NCBI GenBank assembly: GCA_038231275.1
Contig: JBBRLQ010000039.1
Location: 1 to 64,000, forward strand
Length of the DNA: 64,000 bases
Source: Polyangiales bacterium
Lineage (GTDB): Bacteria > Myxococcota_A > Polyangia > Polyangiales > Polyangiaceae
Reading direction: 5' to 3'
Position 1 is the stretch's first letter. The number at the start of each line of letters is the position of its first letter. A model generated the notes under the pieces. It searched no databases, was not told the DNA's origin, and saw only the letters and a list, made by a program, of their open reading frames with translations. This document shows, piece by piece, positions 41,802 through 51,083 of the stretch. The position numbers and the translations under genes are program-made.

Positions 41802-42233
41802 CTACGCCCCTTTTGGCGCTTCGTCCTTGCGACCGAGCGCGTCGGCGACGTGCGCGAGCACACCGTTGACGAACGATCCCGAGTCCTCGGTCCCGAAGGC
41901 CTTCGCGAGCTCCACCGCTTCGTCGAGGATGACCGCGCGCGGCACGTCGGCGCGATGCGCGAGCTCCCACACGCCGAGGCGCAAAACGTTGCGATCGACG
42001 CGCGCCATGCGCTCGAGGCGCCAGTGCGTCGACGCCTTGCGGATGTGATCGTCGACCGCTGCGAGATCCTTCTCCACGCCGCGCACCGCGTCCTCCGCGT
42101 AGGCGCGACCTTCCGGCTCACCCTCGAAATTGCGCCAGAAGAGCCCTTGCGTCTCGTCGGCGCTCGCGCCCGACGCCTCCATCTGGAAGAGCATCTGCAG
42201 CGCCGCCTCGCGGCCGGAGTGCCTGGCGCCCAT
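41802..42233 (-). CDS. nusB: Transcription antitermination factor NusB
   Basis: 'REAALQMLF', 'WRLERMARVDRNVLR', 'DEAVELAKAFG...SFVNGVL'. Confidence 0.96.
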   Translation of the reverse strand: MGARHSGREAALQMLFQMEASGASADETQGLFWRNFEGEPEGRAYAEDAVRGVEKDLAAVDDHIRKASTHWRLERMARVDRNVLRLGVWELAHRADVPRAVILDEAVELAKAFGTEDSGSFVNGVLAHVADALGRKDEAPKGA

Positions 42234-42234
42234 C

Positions 42235-42723
42235 TCAGAAGCCCGCGTCTTTGAGCGCGTGCGCGAGCGACACCATCTCGATCGCGCTCACCGCGGCGTC
42301 CCAGCCCTTGTTGCCGGCCTTGGTCCCCGCGCGCTCCACCGCCTGCTCGATCGTGTCGGTCGTGAGGACACCAAACGCCACCGGCACACCCGTCGCGTTC
42401 TGGGCGGCCGCGCAGCCCTTGGTCGCTTCGCCCGCGACGTAGTCGAAGTGCGGCGTCGCCCCGCGGATCACCGCGCCCAGCGCGATCACGACGTCGACCT
42501 TCTTCGACGCGCAGAGGCGGTGCACCACCGTCGGCAGCTCCCACGCACCGGGCACGCGCACGAGCGTCACGGTCTTCAGGTCGCCGCCGTGCCGCGCGAT
42601 CGCGTCGAGCGCGCCCTCGACGAGGCGGTCCACGATGAAGTGGTTGAAGCGGCTGGCGACGACCGCGAACTTCGCCCCTTTGGGGACGACGACGCTGCCT
42701 TCGATGACGCGCGCGGAGCTCAT
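42235..42723 (-). CDS. ribH: 6,7-dimethyl-8-ribityllumazine synthase
   Basis: 'SRFN', 'VPGAWELP', '[11 protein letters not shown]', 'GNKG'. Confidence 0.96.
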   Translation of the reverse strand: MSSARVIEGSVVVPKGAKFAVVASRFNHFIVDRLVEGALDAIARHGGDLKTVTLVRVPGAWELPTVVHRLCASKKVDVVIALGAVIRGATPHFDYVAGEATKGCAAAQNATGVPVAFGVLTTDTIEQAVERAGTKAGNKGWDAAVSAIEMVSLAHALKDAGF

Positions 42724-43901
42724 GACGGTTTCTTTCCTGCCTTGGACAGCTGCGCAAGCGAGACGCTCTCGACGATGTCGAGGCCGTAGCCGTCGATTCC
42801 GGCGATCTTACGCGGGTTGTTCGTGAGAAGCCGGATCTTGTGGAGCCCCAAGTCCGCCAGCACCTGCGCGCCGAGGCCGAACTCGCGGAGCGGATCGGTC
42901 GGGCCGTCCCCCTTCACCTCGAGCGACGGCGTGCTCTCCGCGCCCACGTACCCGCCCAGCTCGTGCGCCAGGTCTCCGCGCGGCGGCAAATACACGATGA
43001 CGCCGCGCCCCTCGGCTTCGATCGTCGCGATCGCCTCGCGCAGGTTCGCGCCGCCGTCCTTCGCCGTCGACGCGAACGTGTCGGCCAAGGTCGATCCGGA
43101 GTGCATGCGCGTGAGGGTCGGCGTCTCCGGCGACGGCTCGCCCTTCACGAGCGCCAAGAACTGCCGCTTGTTCGTGCGCACCTCGTAGACGACGGCGCGC
43201 CAGCGCGTGCCGGTCTGATCGAGCGTGATGTCGTGCTCTGCGGTGCGTCGCACGAGGCGCTCGGTCTGGAGGCGGTACTGGATGAGATCGGCGATCGTGA
43301 GGATGCGCATCTCGTGCCGCTTCGCGAAGATCTCGAGGTCCGGCATCCGCGCCATGGTGCCATCCTCGTTCATGATCTCGCAGATGACGCCGGCTGGGAC
43401 GAGCCCGGCCAATCGCGCGAGATCGACCGAGCCCTCGGTCTGCCCCGTGCGCACGAGCACGCCGCCCGTCTTGCTCCTCAGCGGGAACACGTGCCCGGGC
43501 GTCACGAGATCGTCGGGCTTGCACGTGGGGCTCACGAGGACGCGTGTCGTGTGCGCGCGATCGGCGGCGCTGATGCCGGTCGTCACGCCGTGACGCGCCT
43601 CGACGCTGACGGTGAACGCCGTTCCGAGCGACGGCCCGGCGCGACCCGGCGCTTGCATCATCGGGAGGCCGATCTGCTCGACCTGCTCTTCGGTCAGCGT
43701 GGCGCAGATGAGCCCGCGCCCGTGCGTCGCCATGAAGTTGATGGCCTCCGACGTCACGAACTGCGCGGCCATGCACAGGTCGCCCTCGTTCTCGCGATCT
43801 TCGTCGTCGACGAGGATCACCATCTTGCCGGCGCGGATGTCGGCGAGGCCGGCGTTCACACGGGCGAGCAGCTTGGGATCCAGGTTCAGGGCAGGGGACA
43901 T
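42720..43901 (-). CDS. ribB: DHBP synthase fused to a degenerate GTP cyclohydrolase II domain (RibBX-like)
   Basis: '[10 protein letters not shown]', 'TGISAADR', 'PGHVFPL', 'ICEI'; C-terminal domain lacks the Zn-binding Cys. Confidence 0.9.
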   Translation of the reverse strand: MSPALNLDPKLLARVNAGLADIRAGKMVILVDDEDRENEGDLCMAAQFVTSEAINFMATHGRGLICATLTEEQVEQIGLPMMQAPGRAGPSLGTAFTVSVEARHGVTTGISAADRAHTTRVLVSPTCKPDDLVTPGHVFPLRSKTGGVLVRTGQTEGSVDLARLAGLVPAGVICEIMNEDGTMARMPDLEIFAKRHEMRILTIADLIQYRLQTERLVRRTAEHDITLDQTGTRWRAVVYEVRTNKRQFLALVKGEPSPETPTLTRMHSGSTLADTFASTAKDGGANLREAIATIEAEGRGVIVYLPPRGDLAHELGGYVGAESTPSLEVKGDGPTDPLREFGLGAQVLADLGLHKIRLLTNNPRKIAGIDGYGLDIVESVSLAQLSKAGKKPS

Positions 43902-43927
43902 GCGGGGCGTCAGTGTACTTTACAACT

Positions 43928-44578
43928 TTATACGAGCCCCGCGCGCGCCAGGCGGGCCATCCACTCGGCGTTCGGGTCTTGGCTATCTACTTCGATAAGT
44001 CGGGCGACGTAGCGGGCGAGCACGTCGACCTCGAGGTTCACCTTGCTGCCGGCGCGCAGCGTGTCCAGCGACGTCTTCTTCAGCGTGTGTGGGATGAGCA
44101 TCACGGTGAACGCGTCGCTCGTGACCTCGTTCACAGTGAGGCTGACGCCGTTGACGGTGATCGACCCCTTCGCGGCGATGTAGCGGCGCAGCTCTTTGGG
44201 AGGGGCGATGGTCATTTTCACCGCGCCGGCGCCCATCTCTTCGCGCGCGGCCACGGCGCCGGTGCCGTCGACGTGCCCGCTCACGATGTGGCCGCCGAGG
44301 CGCTGGCCGACGGCGACGGCGCGCTCGAGGTTGACCGGAGCTCCCAGGGGGAGCGCGCCGAGGGTGGTCTTCGCCAAGGTCTCGCTGGACGCGTCGGCCT
44401 CGAAGCCGTCCTTGACGATCGTGTCGACGGTAAGGCAAACGCCGTCGACGGAGATGGACTCGCCGAGCTCGAGCGCAGCGCCGCCGCCAAAGCCGCATCG
44501 AACGACGAGGCGCGCGCTCGTACCGCGCGGCGTCCGGGCCGCGAGCGCGCCCGCTTCTTCGACGAGACCGGTGAACAT
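43928..44578 (-). CDS. ribE: Riboflavin synthase alpha chain
   Basis: N-terminal MFTG, 'GVCLTV', 'VNLERA', 'GGHIVSGHVDG'. Confidence 0.96.
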   Translation of the reverse strand: MFTGLVEEAGALAARTPRGTSARLVVRCGFGGGAALELGESISVDGVCLTVDTIVKDGFEADASSETLAKTTLGALPLGAPVNLERAVAVGQRLGGHIVSGHVDGTGAVAAREEMGAGAVKMTIAPPKELRRYIAAKGSITVNGVSLTVNEVTSDAFTVMLIPHTLKKTSLDTLRAGSKVNLEVDVLARYVARLIEVDSQDPNAEWMARLARAGLV

Positions 44579-44649
44579 GGCGTGTACGTAGTCCCGTGCG
44601 CCGCCTTCGTAAAGGGCAGGTTTTCGGCATTTGGGGTACGCTTCGGGGG

Positions 44650-45285
44650 ATGGGTCGCGCCGCGTTCACGCTCTCCGTCGCGGCGCTCGCCGTGGCCGCC
44701 GTCTCGTGCGGGCCAAGCTTTCAGGCCATCTACGAGGGCGATCAGCGCTTCGAGCACTGCTACGCGCTCGACGACAATCCCAGCGCGGCGCTGCAGGACA
44801 AGGGCAACTGCTGGCGCGACTGGATGCAGAACTACACGTACGGCCAGACGCGCGACCGCGTCGAGTACGCGGCGGTTCGTCAGCGCGCGCTGTCACGCGT
44901 CGCGATGCCGACGGACGAGGCGATCATGGCGGCGGCGCCCGGCCAGGTCGTCTCGCGCAGCGTCGCGACGCCGGCGCCCACCAGCGCGTTCGCGCCGCCT
45001 CCGAAGACGATGGGCGAGGTCGATCCCAAGGCGACGAGCCCGGCGCCGTCCCCGACGCCGATGCCGACGCTTACGTCGTCGACGCCCGCGCCGTCGGGCA
45101 GCGTCGTCTTCGTCACCCCCTCGCAGCCCCTCCCGCCCAAGGCCACGCCGCCGGGCGCCGACTGCCAGGAGGACTGCGCGCACGGCTGGCAAGCGTGCTC
45201 TGCGAAGGGCAACAAGCCCGACGCGAAGGCGGACCCGGCGTGCGCGAAGACCTACCGCGCGTGCATGCAGCGCTGCCTCAAGTGA
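44650..45285 (+). CDS. Hypothetical Cys-containing lipoprotein
   Basis: Lipobox AVS-C; Pro-rich linker; C-terminal CxxxC repeats. Confidence 0.7.
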   Translation: MGRAAFTLSVAALAVAAVSCGPSFQAIYEGDQRFEHCYALDDNPSAALQDKGNCWRDWMQNYTYGQTRDRVEYAAVRQRALSRVAMPTDEAIMAAAPGQVVSRSVATPAPTSAFAPPPKTMGEVDPKATSPAPSPTPMPTLTSSTPAPSGSVVFVTPSQPLPPKATPPGADCQEDCAHGWQACSAKGNKPDAKADPACAKTYRACMQRCLK

Positions 45286-45315
45286 GGCGAACGCGACGAA
45301 CGCACGAACGAGGAG

Positions 45316-45864
45316 CTACGCGCGCGCCTTCTTCTCGGCCGGCAGCTCCGTGTACATCTTGAGGCCGGCGCGGATCACCTTGTTCGCCTCGAACGGCCCT
45401 TCGAACTCTTCGACCACGACCTGCTTCTTCTCGAGCGTCTTGTAGTCTTCGAAGAAGCGCTTCAGCTCGCGGAGCACGTGCGGCGGCAGCTCGCGGATGT
45501 GCGTGTACTCGTTGACCGCCGGATCATCGAGGTGGATGGCGATGATCTTGTCGTCGATCCCCTTGTCGTCCCTCATCTGCATGTAGCCGATGGCGCGCGC
45601 CCGCATCATGCACATCGGCGCAACCGGCTCCTGGCCGAGGACGAGCACGTCGAGCGGATCGCCGTCGTCGCAGAACGTGCGCGGGATGAAGCCGTAGTTC
45701 GCAGGGTAGTGCACGGCGCTGAAGAGGACGCGGTCGACCTTGAGGAGGCCGGTCTTCTTCTCCAGCTCGTATTTGACCTTCGAGCCCTTGGGGATTTCGA
45801 TGAAGGCGGGGAAGCCCTCTTCGACCGGCTCGTCGACTTCGATGTCGTGCCAGGGGTGCGCCAT
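45316..45864 (-). CDS. ppa: Inorganic pyrophosphatase
   Basis: 'EIPKGS.VKYE', 'YPANYGFIP', 'DDGDPLDVL', 'DDKII'. Confidence 0.96.
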   Translation of the reverse strand: MAHPWHDIEVDEPVEEGFPAFIEIPKGSKVKYELEKKTGLLKVDRVLFSAVHYPANYGFIPRTFCDDGDPLDVLVLGQEPVAPMCMMRARAIGYMQMRDDKGIDDKIIAIHLDDPAVNEYTHIRELPPHVLRELKRFFEDYKTLEKKQVVVEEFEGPFEANKVIRAGLKMYTELPAEKKARA

Positions 45865-45873
45865 GACCGAAAG

Positions 45874-46365
45874 TTACTCGGTTTGCGCGTCGTTGGCGGC
45901 CGAATCCGCTCCGGCGTCGCGCGGTGGTCCGGCGCGCACGACCAAACGGAGGTAGAGCTGCGTGCACGTGTTGTTCTTGATCTCGAAGCGCCCGGGGCCG
46001 AGGCGCGTGACCTCGGCGAGGTTGCCGCTCGCCTCCGTGAAGTTGTCGTATTGCCCGTCTCGCGGCGGCGCGTTCGGAGTATCGGCGGCGCTCACGTACG
46101 CGGCGACGGACAGGACTTCGCGGCCTGCGCGCTCCCACGAGGGGATGTGGAACGTCCACGTGCGACCGGCCGCAAAATTCAGCCACTTCGCGAGCGGCGG
46201 GGTCGACTCCCACGCGCCCTGCTCGATGAAATCGCCTTCGGCCTGCGCTTCGCCGTACGGACCAACGCGGTCGCCCTCGCACTGATGATCGAAGCAGCCG
46301 AGCCCGCCGCTCGGGACGGCGAAGATCGCCGCAGCAACGGCGAGGATCGCGAGGCGTCGGCGCAC
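45874..46365 (-). CDS. Hypothetical lipoprotein (paralog of 46373-46837)
   Basis: Lipobox GLG-C; shared motifs CFDxQC, WE, NFxExSGN, NxTC, RxVxRAG. Confidence 0.75.
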   Translation of the reverse strand: MRRRLAILAVAAAIFAVPSGGLGCFDHQCEGDRVGPYGEAQAEGDFIEQGAWESTPPLAKWLNFAAGRTWTFHIPSWERAGREVLSVAAYVSAADTPNAPPRDGQYDNFTEASGNLAEVTRLGPGRFEIKNNTCTQLYLRLVVRAGPPRDAGADSAANDAQTE

Positions 46366-46372
46366 GGCTCCT

Positions 46373-46837
46373 CTACTCCGCGACCCCGGCGTCGAGCGGA
46401 CGACCGGCGCGCAGCACGACGCGCACGAAGAAGTTCGCGCACGTCGCGTTGTAGATGAAGATCTGTCCGGCCTTCTGCTGGCTGAACTCGACCGAGTTGC
46501 CGCTGCCCTCGGCGAAGTTGTTGCCGCTCGCGCTCGGCTGGCTCGAGCCGCTCAAGTAGGCGTGCATCTCGACTATTGGTCGATTTTGCGCGACCCACGG
46601 GAGGACCACCAGCGTGTAGCCGGTGTTTGCGGAGTACGGGAGCCACGGCGCGTCGATCGCGGTCGTCTCCCACGTGTCGTCGTCGACGAGGTGGCCCTTC
46701 GGATCCGACGGGTTCTCTCCGTAGTTCGGAGCCGCGCCCGGATCGCACTGGCGATCGAAGCACGCCGGGCCGGCGCCCGACGCGCCGAGCACGATCGCGA
46801 CGGCGGCGAACGCGAGCGCGATGCCCTTCTTACGCAC
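46373..46837 (-). CDS. Hypothetical lipoprotein (paralog of 45874-46365)
   Basis: Signal peptide plus Cys; same motifs as its neighbour. Confidence 0.75.
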   Translation of the reverse strand: MRKKGIALAFAAVAIVLGASGAGPACFDRQCDPGAAPNYGENPSDPKGHLVDDDTWETTAIDAPWLPYSANTGYTLVVLPWVAQNRPIVEMHAYLSGSSQPSASGNNFAEGSGNSVEFSQQKAGQIFIYNATCANFFVRVVLRAGRPLDAGVAE

Positions 46838-47819
46838 CCAAGATCTCCGCCGCCGCCAGCGCGTGGTAGGTGAGGATCGTGTCGGCGCCCGCGCGGCGGA
46901 TGCTCGTGAGCACCTCCATCATCACGCGATCGAGATCGATCATGCCGGTCTTTGCGGCGGCGTGCAGCATCGAGTACTCGCCCGACACGTTGTAGGCGGC
47001 GAGCGGCAGGTTCGAGTGCGCGCGCACGTCGCGGATGACGTCGAGGTAGGAGAGCGCCGGCTTCACCATGAGCATGTCGGCGCCTTCGGCCTCGTCGAGC
47101 GCCGCCTCGCGGAGCGCCTCGCGCGCGTTGCCGGGGTCCATCTGGTAGCCGGCGCGATCGCCGAACTTGGGCGCGCAGTCGGCTGCCTCGCGGAACGGGC
47201 CGTAGAAGCCCGACGCGTATTTCACCGCGTAGGAGAGGATCGCCGTGTCCGAAAATCCGCCCTCGTCGAGCGCGCCGCGGATCTTGCCGACGCGCCCGTC
47301 CATCATGTCGCTCGGGGCGACGATGTCGGCGCCGGCCTTGGCGTGCATGAGCGCCATCGTCGCGAGAATTTCGATTGTCGCGTCGTTGTCGACTTCCATC
47401 TCGCCGTCGGCGCGCTTGCGGAGGACGCCGCAATGACCGTGGTCGGTGTACTCGTCGACGCAGACGTCGGTGATGACGACGAGCTCGGGGGCGGCGCTCT
47501 TCATCTCTTGCACCGCGCGCGCGACCGGGCCGTTCGGATCGCAGCCGATGAGGCCCTTCGGATCCTTCGTCTTCGGGAGACCGAAGAGGATGGCGCCGCC
47601 GATTTTTCGACGTACCAGCTCCTTCGCGATCTCTCTCGCGGCCTTCACCGGCTGCTGCGAGACGCCGGGCATGGTGGAGATGGGGCGCGGCTCGTCGATG
47701 CCCTCGTTGAAGAAGATGGGGTAGATGAAGTCGCGCGGGTTCAGCGTGGTCTCGCGCACCAGGGCGCGGATTTGAGCCGTTTTGCGCAGGCGACGCGGGC
47801 GAATCACCGGAAAACCCAT
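46830..47819 (-). CDS. hemB: Porphobilinogen synthase
   Basis: 'RPRRLR', 'YTDHGHCG', 'APSDMMDGRV', 'YGPFREA', 'MVKP', 'YNVSGEY'; start at ATG 47819. Confidence 0.96.
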   Translation of the reverse strand: MGFPVIRPRRLRKTAQIRALVRETTLNPRDFIYPIFFNEGIDEPRPISTMPGVSQQPVKAAREIAKELVRRKIGGAILFGLPKTKDPKGLIGCDPNGPVARAVQEMKSAAPELVVITDVCVDEYTDHGHCGVLRKRADGEMEVDNDATIEILATMALMHAKAGADIVAPSDMMDGRVGKIRGALDEGGFSDTAILSYAVKYASGFYGPFREAADCAPKFGDRAGYQMDPGNAREALREAALDEAEGADMLMVKPALSYLDVIRDVRAHSNLPLAAYNVSGEYSMLHAAAKTGMIDLDRVMMEVLTSIRRAGADTILTYHALAAAEILGA

Positions 47820-47909
47820 GACGACGGCATAGCATTTCTGGCGGCGGTTTCCGGCGGGGAACGACAGCCCTGGCCTTGCGTGGCCATGGATTGCGCGGGA
47901 GGATTCGGC

Positions 47910-48857
47910 ATGCGCCGCGCGCCTTGGCTTGCTTTCTGGTTGTCGACGAACGCCACCCTCGCCCTCGTTGCGTGTGGGAGCCGCACGGGTTTCCTCGACG
48001 ACGAGAGCGGCCTCGCCCCGGAGGACGCGTCGACGGACACGTTCCGCCCACATGACGCGGGGCGCGACGTATCGCTGCCGGACGCGATCCCACCGATCGA
48101 CAGTCGACCCACAGTCGATGTGCAGCGCAACGACTGCCCGGACGCCGACGCCACGCTGGTCTACGTCATCGGAGACGACAACCGGCTCTACAGCTTTTAC
48201 CCGCCGACGCTCTCGTTCGTCCCGATCGGCAAGATCGCGTGCCCCAGCGGCTCCGGTCCGTACTCGATGGCCGTCGATCGCAAAGGCAAGGCGTACGTCG
48301 TCTTCACCGACGGCAACCTCTTCCGAGTGAGCACCGCGACCGCCGCGTGTGATGCGACGTCGTTCCGCGCCGACCAGCTCGGGTTTCACACGTTCGGCAT
48401 GGGCTTCGTCTCGAACACCGGCGGGTCGGCGGAGACGCTCTTCGTTGCAGAAGGGACGGGAGGCCTCGGAGCGCCGCCTTCGAAGGGCGTCGCACAGGTC
48501 GACACGACGACGTTTCGCCTCAACTTCGTCGGGCCCTTTTCGCCGTCGGAGTCGCGCGTCGAGCTCACGGGCACCGGTGACGGGCGTCTGTTCGGCTTCT
48601 CCCCGCTGACCGGCGGCTCGAAGCTCATCGAGATCGACAAGACGACGGGCAACGTCCTCGGGAGCGATCCGGTTGGGGCCGGGAGCGGCGATGACGCCTT
48701 CGCGTTTGCGTTCTGGGGCGGCGACTTCTGGATCTTCACCGGCCGGACGTCCACCGGCGTTTACCGCTACCGTCCGAGCGACAAGACGACGACGTTGATG
48801 AAGACCGCGCCGTCGCTCATCGTCGGCGCCGGCGTCTCCACCTGCGCGCCGCAATAG
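47910..48857 (+). CDS. Myxobacterial lipoprotein, beta-propeller-like (paralog 1)
   Basis: LVA-C lipobox; 'SMAVDR', 'FGMGF', 'ELTGTGDGRLF', 'FWGGDF', 'GAGVSTCAP'. Confidence 0.78.
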   Translation: MRRAPWLAFWLSTNATLALVACGSRTGFLDDESGLAPEDASTDTFRPHDAGRDVSLPDAIPPIDSRPTVDVQRNDCPDADATLVYVIGDDNRLYSFYPPTLSFVPIGKIACPSGSGPYSMAVDRKGKAYVVFTDGNLFRVSTATAACDATSFRADQLGFHTFGMGFVSNTGGSAETLFVAEGTGGLGAPPSKGVAQVDTTTFRLNFVGPFSPSESRVELTGTGDGRLFGFSPLTGGSKLIEIDKTTGNVLGSDPVGAGSGDDAFAFAFWGGDFWIFTGRTSTGVYRYRPSDKTTTLMKTAPSLIVGAGVSTCAPQ

Positions 48858-48883
48858 CGCCGAAAAAGGGCTAGACTGCGCCC

Positions 48884-49861
48884 ATGCGCTTCCCGCTGAG
48901 ATGGGGCTCGATTCTCGGCGTCGGAGTGACGCTCGGGACGCTCGGCGCCGCGGCGGCGTGTGGGAGCAAGACCGGGCTCGTCCTCGACGATGGGCTCGAA
49001 GGGGACGGATCGGACGAGACCTTCACGCGCCACGACACAGGACGCGACGCGCCGCTTCCTCCGATCGACGTCGCACCCAAGCCCGACGTGAACCGCAACG
49101 ACTGCCCCGACGCGGCAGCGACGCTCATTTACGTCATCACGAAGGAATACGACCTCTTCAGCTTCAATCCGCCAACCGGAGCGTTCGGGCGTATCGGCGC
49201 GATTCGCTGTCCAAACACCGCAGCCGACGACAAACCGTTTTCGATGGCCGTGGATCGGAAAGGGGTCGCGTTCGTTCTCTTCGACAGCGGCCAAATCTTT
49301 CGCGTGAGCAACGTGAGCGCAGCGTGCACGGCGACCCCGTTCGTTCCCGGCGCAGCTGGGTTCCTCAAGTTCGGGATGGGGTTCGCGTCGGACTCGACGG
49401 GTCCCGCCGAGTCGCTGTACGTGGCGTCCGATGAGCAGTCGAGTACTGGCACTGGCGCTCCGTCGCGCATCGGCAAGATCGACATGACGAAGTTCGTCCT
49501 CACGTCGATCGGTGTATTCGACGACCGGGTCACGAACGCCGAGCTGACTGGCACGGGTGATGGTCGCCTCTTCGCCTTCTATTCGACGGGCCCCAACCTC
49601 CAGACGTCACCCACTGCCATTGGCGAGGTAGACAAGACGACGGGTCGCCTCATCGCCCAGACGCCGCTGCCGACCGTGCGCCTGGGAGGCCACTGGGCAT
49701 TTGGGTTCTGGGGCGGTGACTTTTACACGTTCACCGGTCTCATCAGCGCCGGCACCGACGTCACGCGCGTGCGGCCCAGCGACGGGAGCGTCGTCGTGGT
49801 CGGGCACCTCGGCGAAGACATCGTCGGCGCCGGCGTGTCCACCTGCGCGCCGGAGAACTAG
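48884..49861 (+). CDS. Myxobacterial lipoprotein, beta-propeller-like (paralog 2)
   Basis: AAA-C lipobox; same motifs as 47910-48857. Confidence 0.78.
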   Translation: MRFPLRWGSILGVGVTLGTLGAAAACGSKTGLVLDDGLEGDGSDETFTRHDTGRDAPLPPIDVAPKPDVNRNDCPDAAATLIYVITKEYDLFSFNPPTGAFGRIGAIRCPNTAADDKPFSMAVDRKGVAFVLFDSGQIFRVSNVSAACTATPFVPGAAGFLKFGMGFASDSTGPAESLYVASDEQSSTGTGAPSRIGKIDMTKFVLTSIGVFDDRVTNAELTGTGDGRLFAFYSTGPNLQTSPTAIGEVDKTTGRLIAQTPLPTVRLGGHWAFGFWGGDFYTFTGLISAGTDVTRVRPSDGSVVVVGHLGEDIVGAGVSTCAPEN

Positions 49862-50992
49862 ATGGCGGGGCGGCTCGTCTTTCTCGGGAGCCGCGGCGTG
49901 TCTCCGTTCACGCCCACAGCGCGCGCACGTGAGCTGATCGCGCACGCCGATACGATCGCCAGTCCCGAATCGCTCGATCTCACCGCGCTCGTGCCCGCCT
50001 CCTGCGAGGTGCTTCGTGCTCCGACTCCCGACGATCTCGTCGCGCGGGCGCGCCGCGGACAGAGCGTCGTGCGCGTGTCCGCCGGATCGCCCGATGAGGA
50101 CGAGCTCCTCGCGGCCGCGTGCGCGGATCTCGACGTCGCGCTCGCGTGGCTCGACGAGAGCCCGCTCTTCGGAAAGCGCGTCCTCGTCACGCGCACGCGC
50201 GAGCAGGCGGCCAGCACCGCGCGTCTCCTCCGCGCGCGCGGGGCGATTCCGGTCCTCGCGCCATCGATCGAGATTCATCCGCCGCGCGATCCGACGAAGC
50301 TCACGCGCGCCGTCGAGCGATTGAAGGATGCGCTGTGCGTGGTCTTCACGAGCGCCAACGGCGTCGCGCGAGCGTGGGCGGAGATCGCGTGGCAAGGAAA
50401 AGATGCGCGCGCGTTCGGGGACGCGAAGCTCGCCGCGATCGGGCCGGGCACCGCGCAGGCGCTCGCCGCGCACGGGCTGGTCGCCGACGTCGTCGCGAAA
50501 GAGTTCAAGCAAGAGGGCCTCGCCGAGGAGCTCATCGCCGCGCTCGCGCAGTCGAAGGCCCCCACCGCGCGTCGACGCATCATGCTCCTCCGCGCCGAGG
50601 TCGCGCGCGACGCGTTGCCCGACGCGCTGCGTGCCGCAGGCTACGAGGTCGACGTCGTCGCCGCGTACGAGACGCGCGCGCCCGAGCCGTCAGAAGGGGA
50701 AAGCCTGAGGAAGGCGCTGGGGGCGGGCGAGATCGACGTCGTCACCTTCACGTCGAGCAGCACCGCCACGAACCTCTGCGACATGCTCGAGGGGAGCGAG
50801 AAGGCGGGGGCGGCGGCGCTTCTGGGCCGCACTTTGGTCGCCAGCATCGGCCCGATCACCACGAAAACGTGCGAAACGCGCGGCATTCGGGTCGACGTGA
50901 CCGCCCGCACCTACACCCTGGAGGGCCTCCTGGACGCCCTGGAGGGTCAGATTTGCTCGATTGACAAGGCCGGCGCGGGAAAGCGATCCTGA
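49862..50992 (+). CDS. hemD: Uroporphyrinogen-III synthase with vestigial N-terminal CobA-like segment
   Basis: 'PLFGKRVLVTR', 'VFTSANGV', 'AIGPGTA', 'TFTSSST', 'SIGPIT'. Confidence 0.88.
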   Translation: MAGRLVFLGSRGVSPFTPTARARELIAHADTIASPESLDLTALVPASCEVLRAPTPDDLVARARRGQSVVRVSAGSPDEDELLAAACADLDVALAWLDESPLFGKRVLVTRTREQAASTARLLRARGAIPVLAPSIEIHPPRDPTKLTRAVERLKDALCVVFTSANGVARAWAEIAWQGKDARAFGDAKLAAIGPGTAQALAAHGLVADVVAKEFKQEGLAEELIAALAQSKAPTARRRIMLLRAEVARDALPDALRAAGYEVDVVAAYETRAPEPSEGESLRKALGAGEIDVVTFTSSSTATNLCDMLEGSEKAGAAALLGRTLVASIGPITTKTCETRGIRVDVTARTYTLEGLLDALEGQICSIDKAGAGKRS

Positions 50993-51083
50993 CGCCAGGT
51001 TCAGCACACCGTTTGGGATAGCGTCTGGATAGCGTTCGCGCGGCTCGTACAGCGTGCCAAGGCAGGGGCACAGCTCGAAAATC

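Noticed and set aside
44579..44650. FMN riboswitch upstream of the rib genes
   Set aside because: Intergenic gap is about 70 bp with no RFN consensus
46821..48854. Apparent overlapping 670-aa ORFs on both strands
   Set aside because: Upstream extensions of the divergent hemB (47819) and lipoprotein (47910) genes
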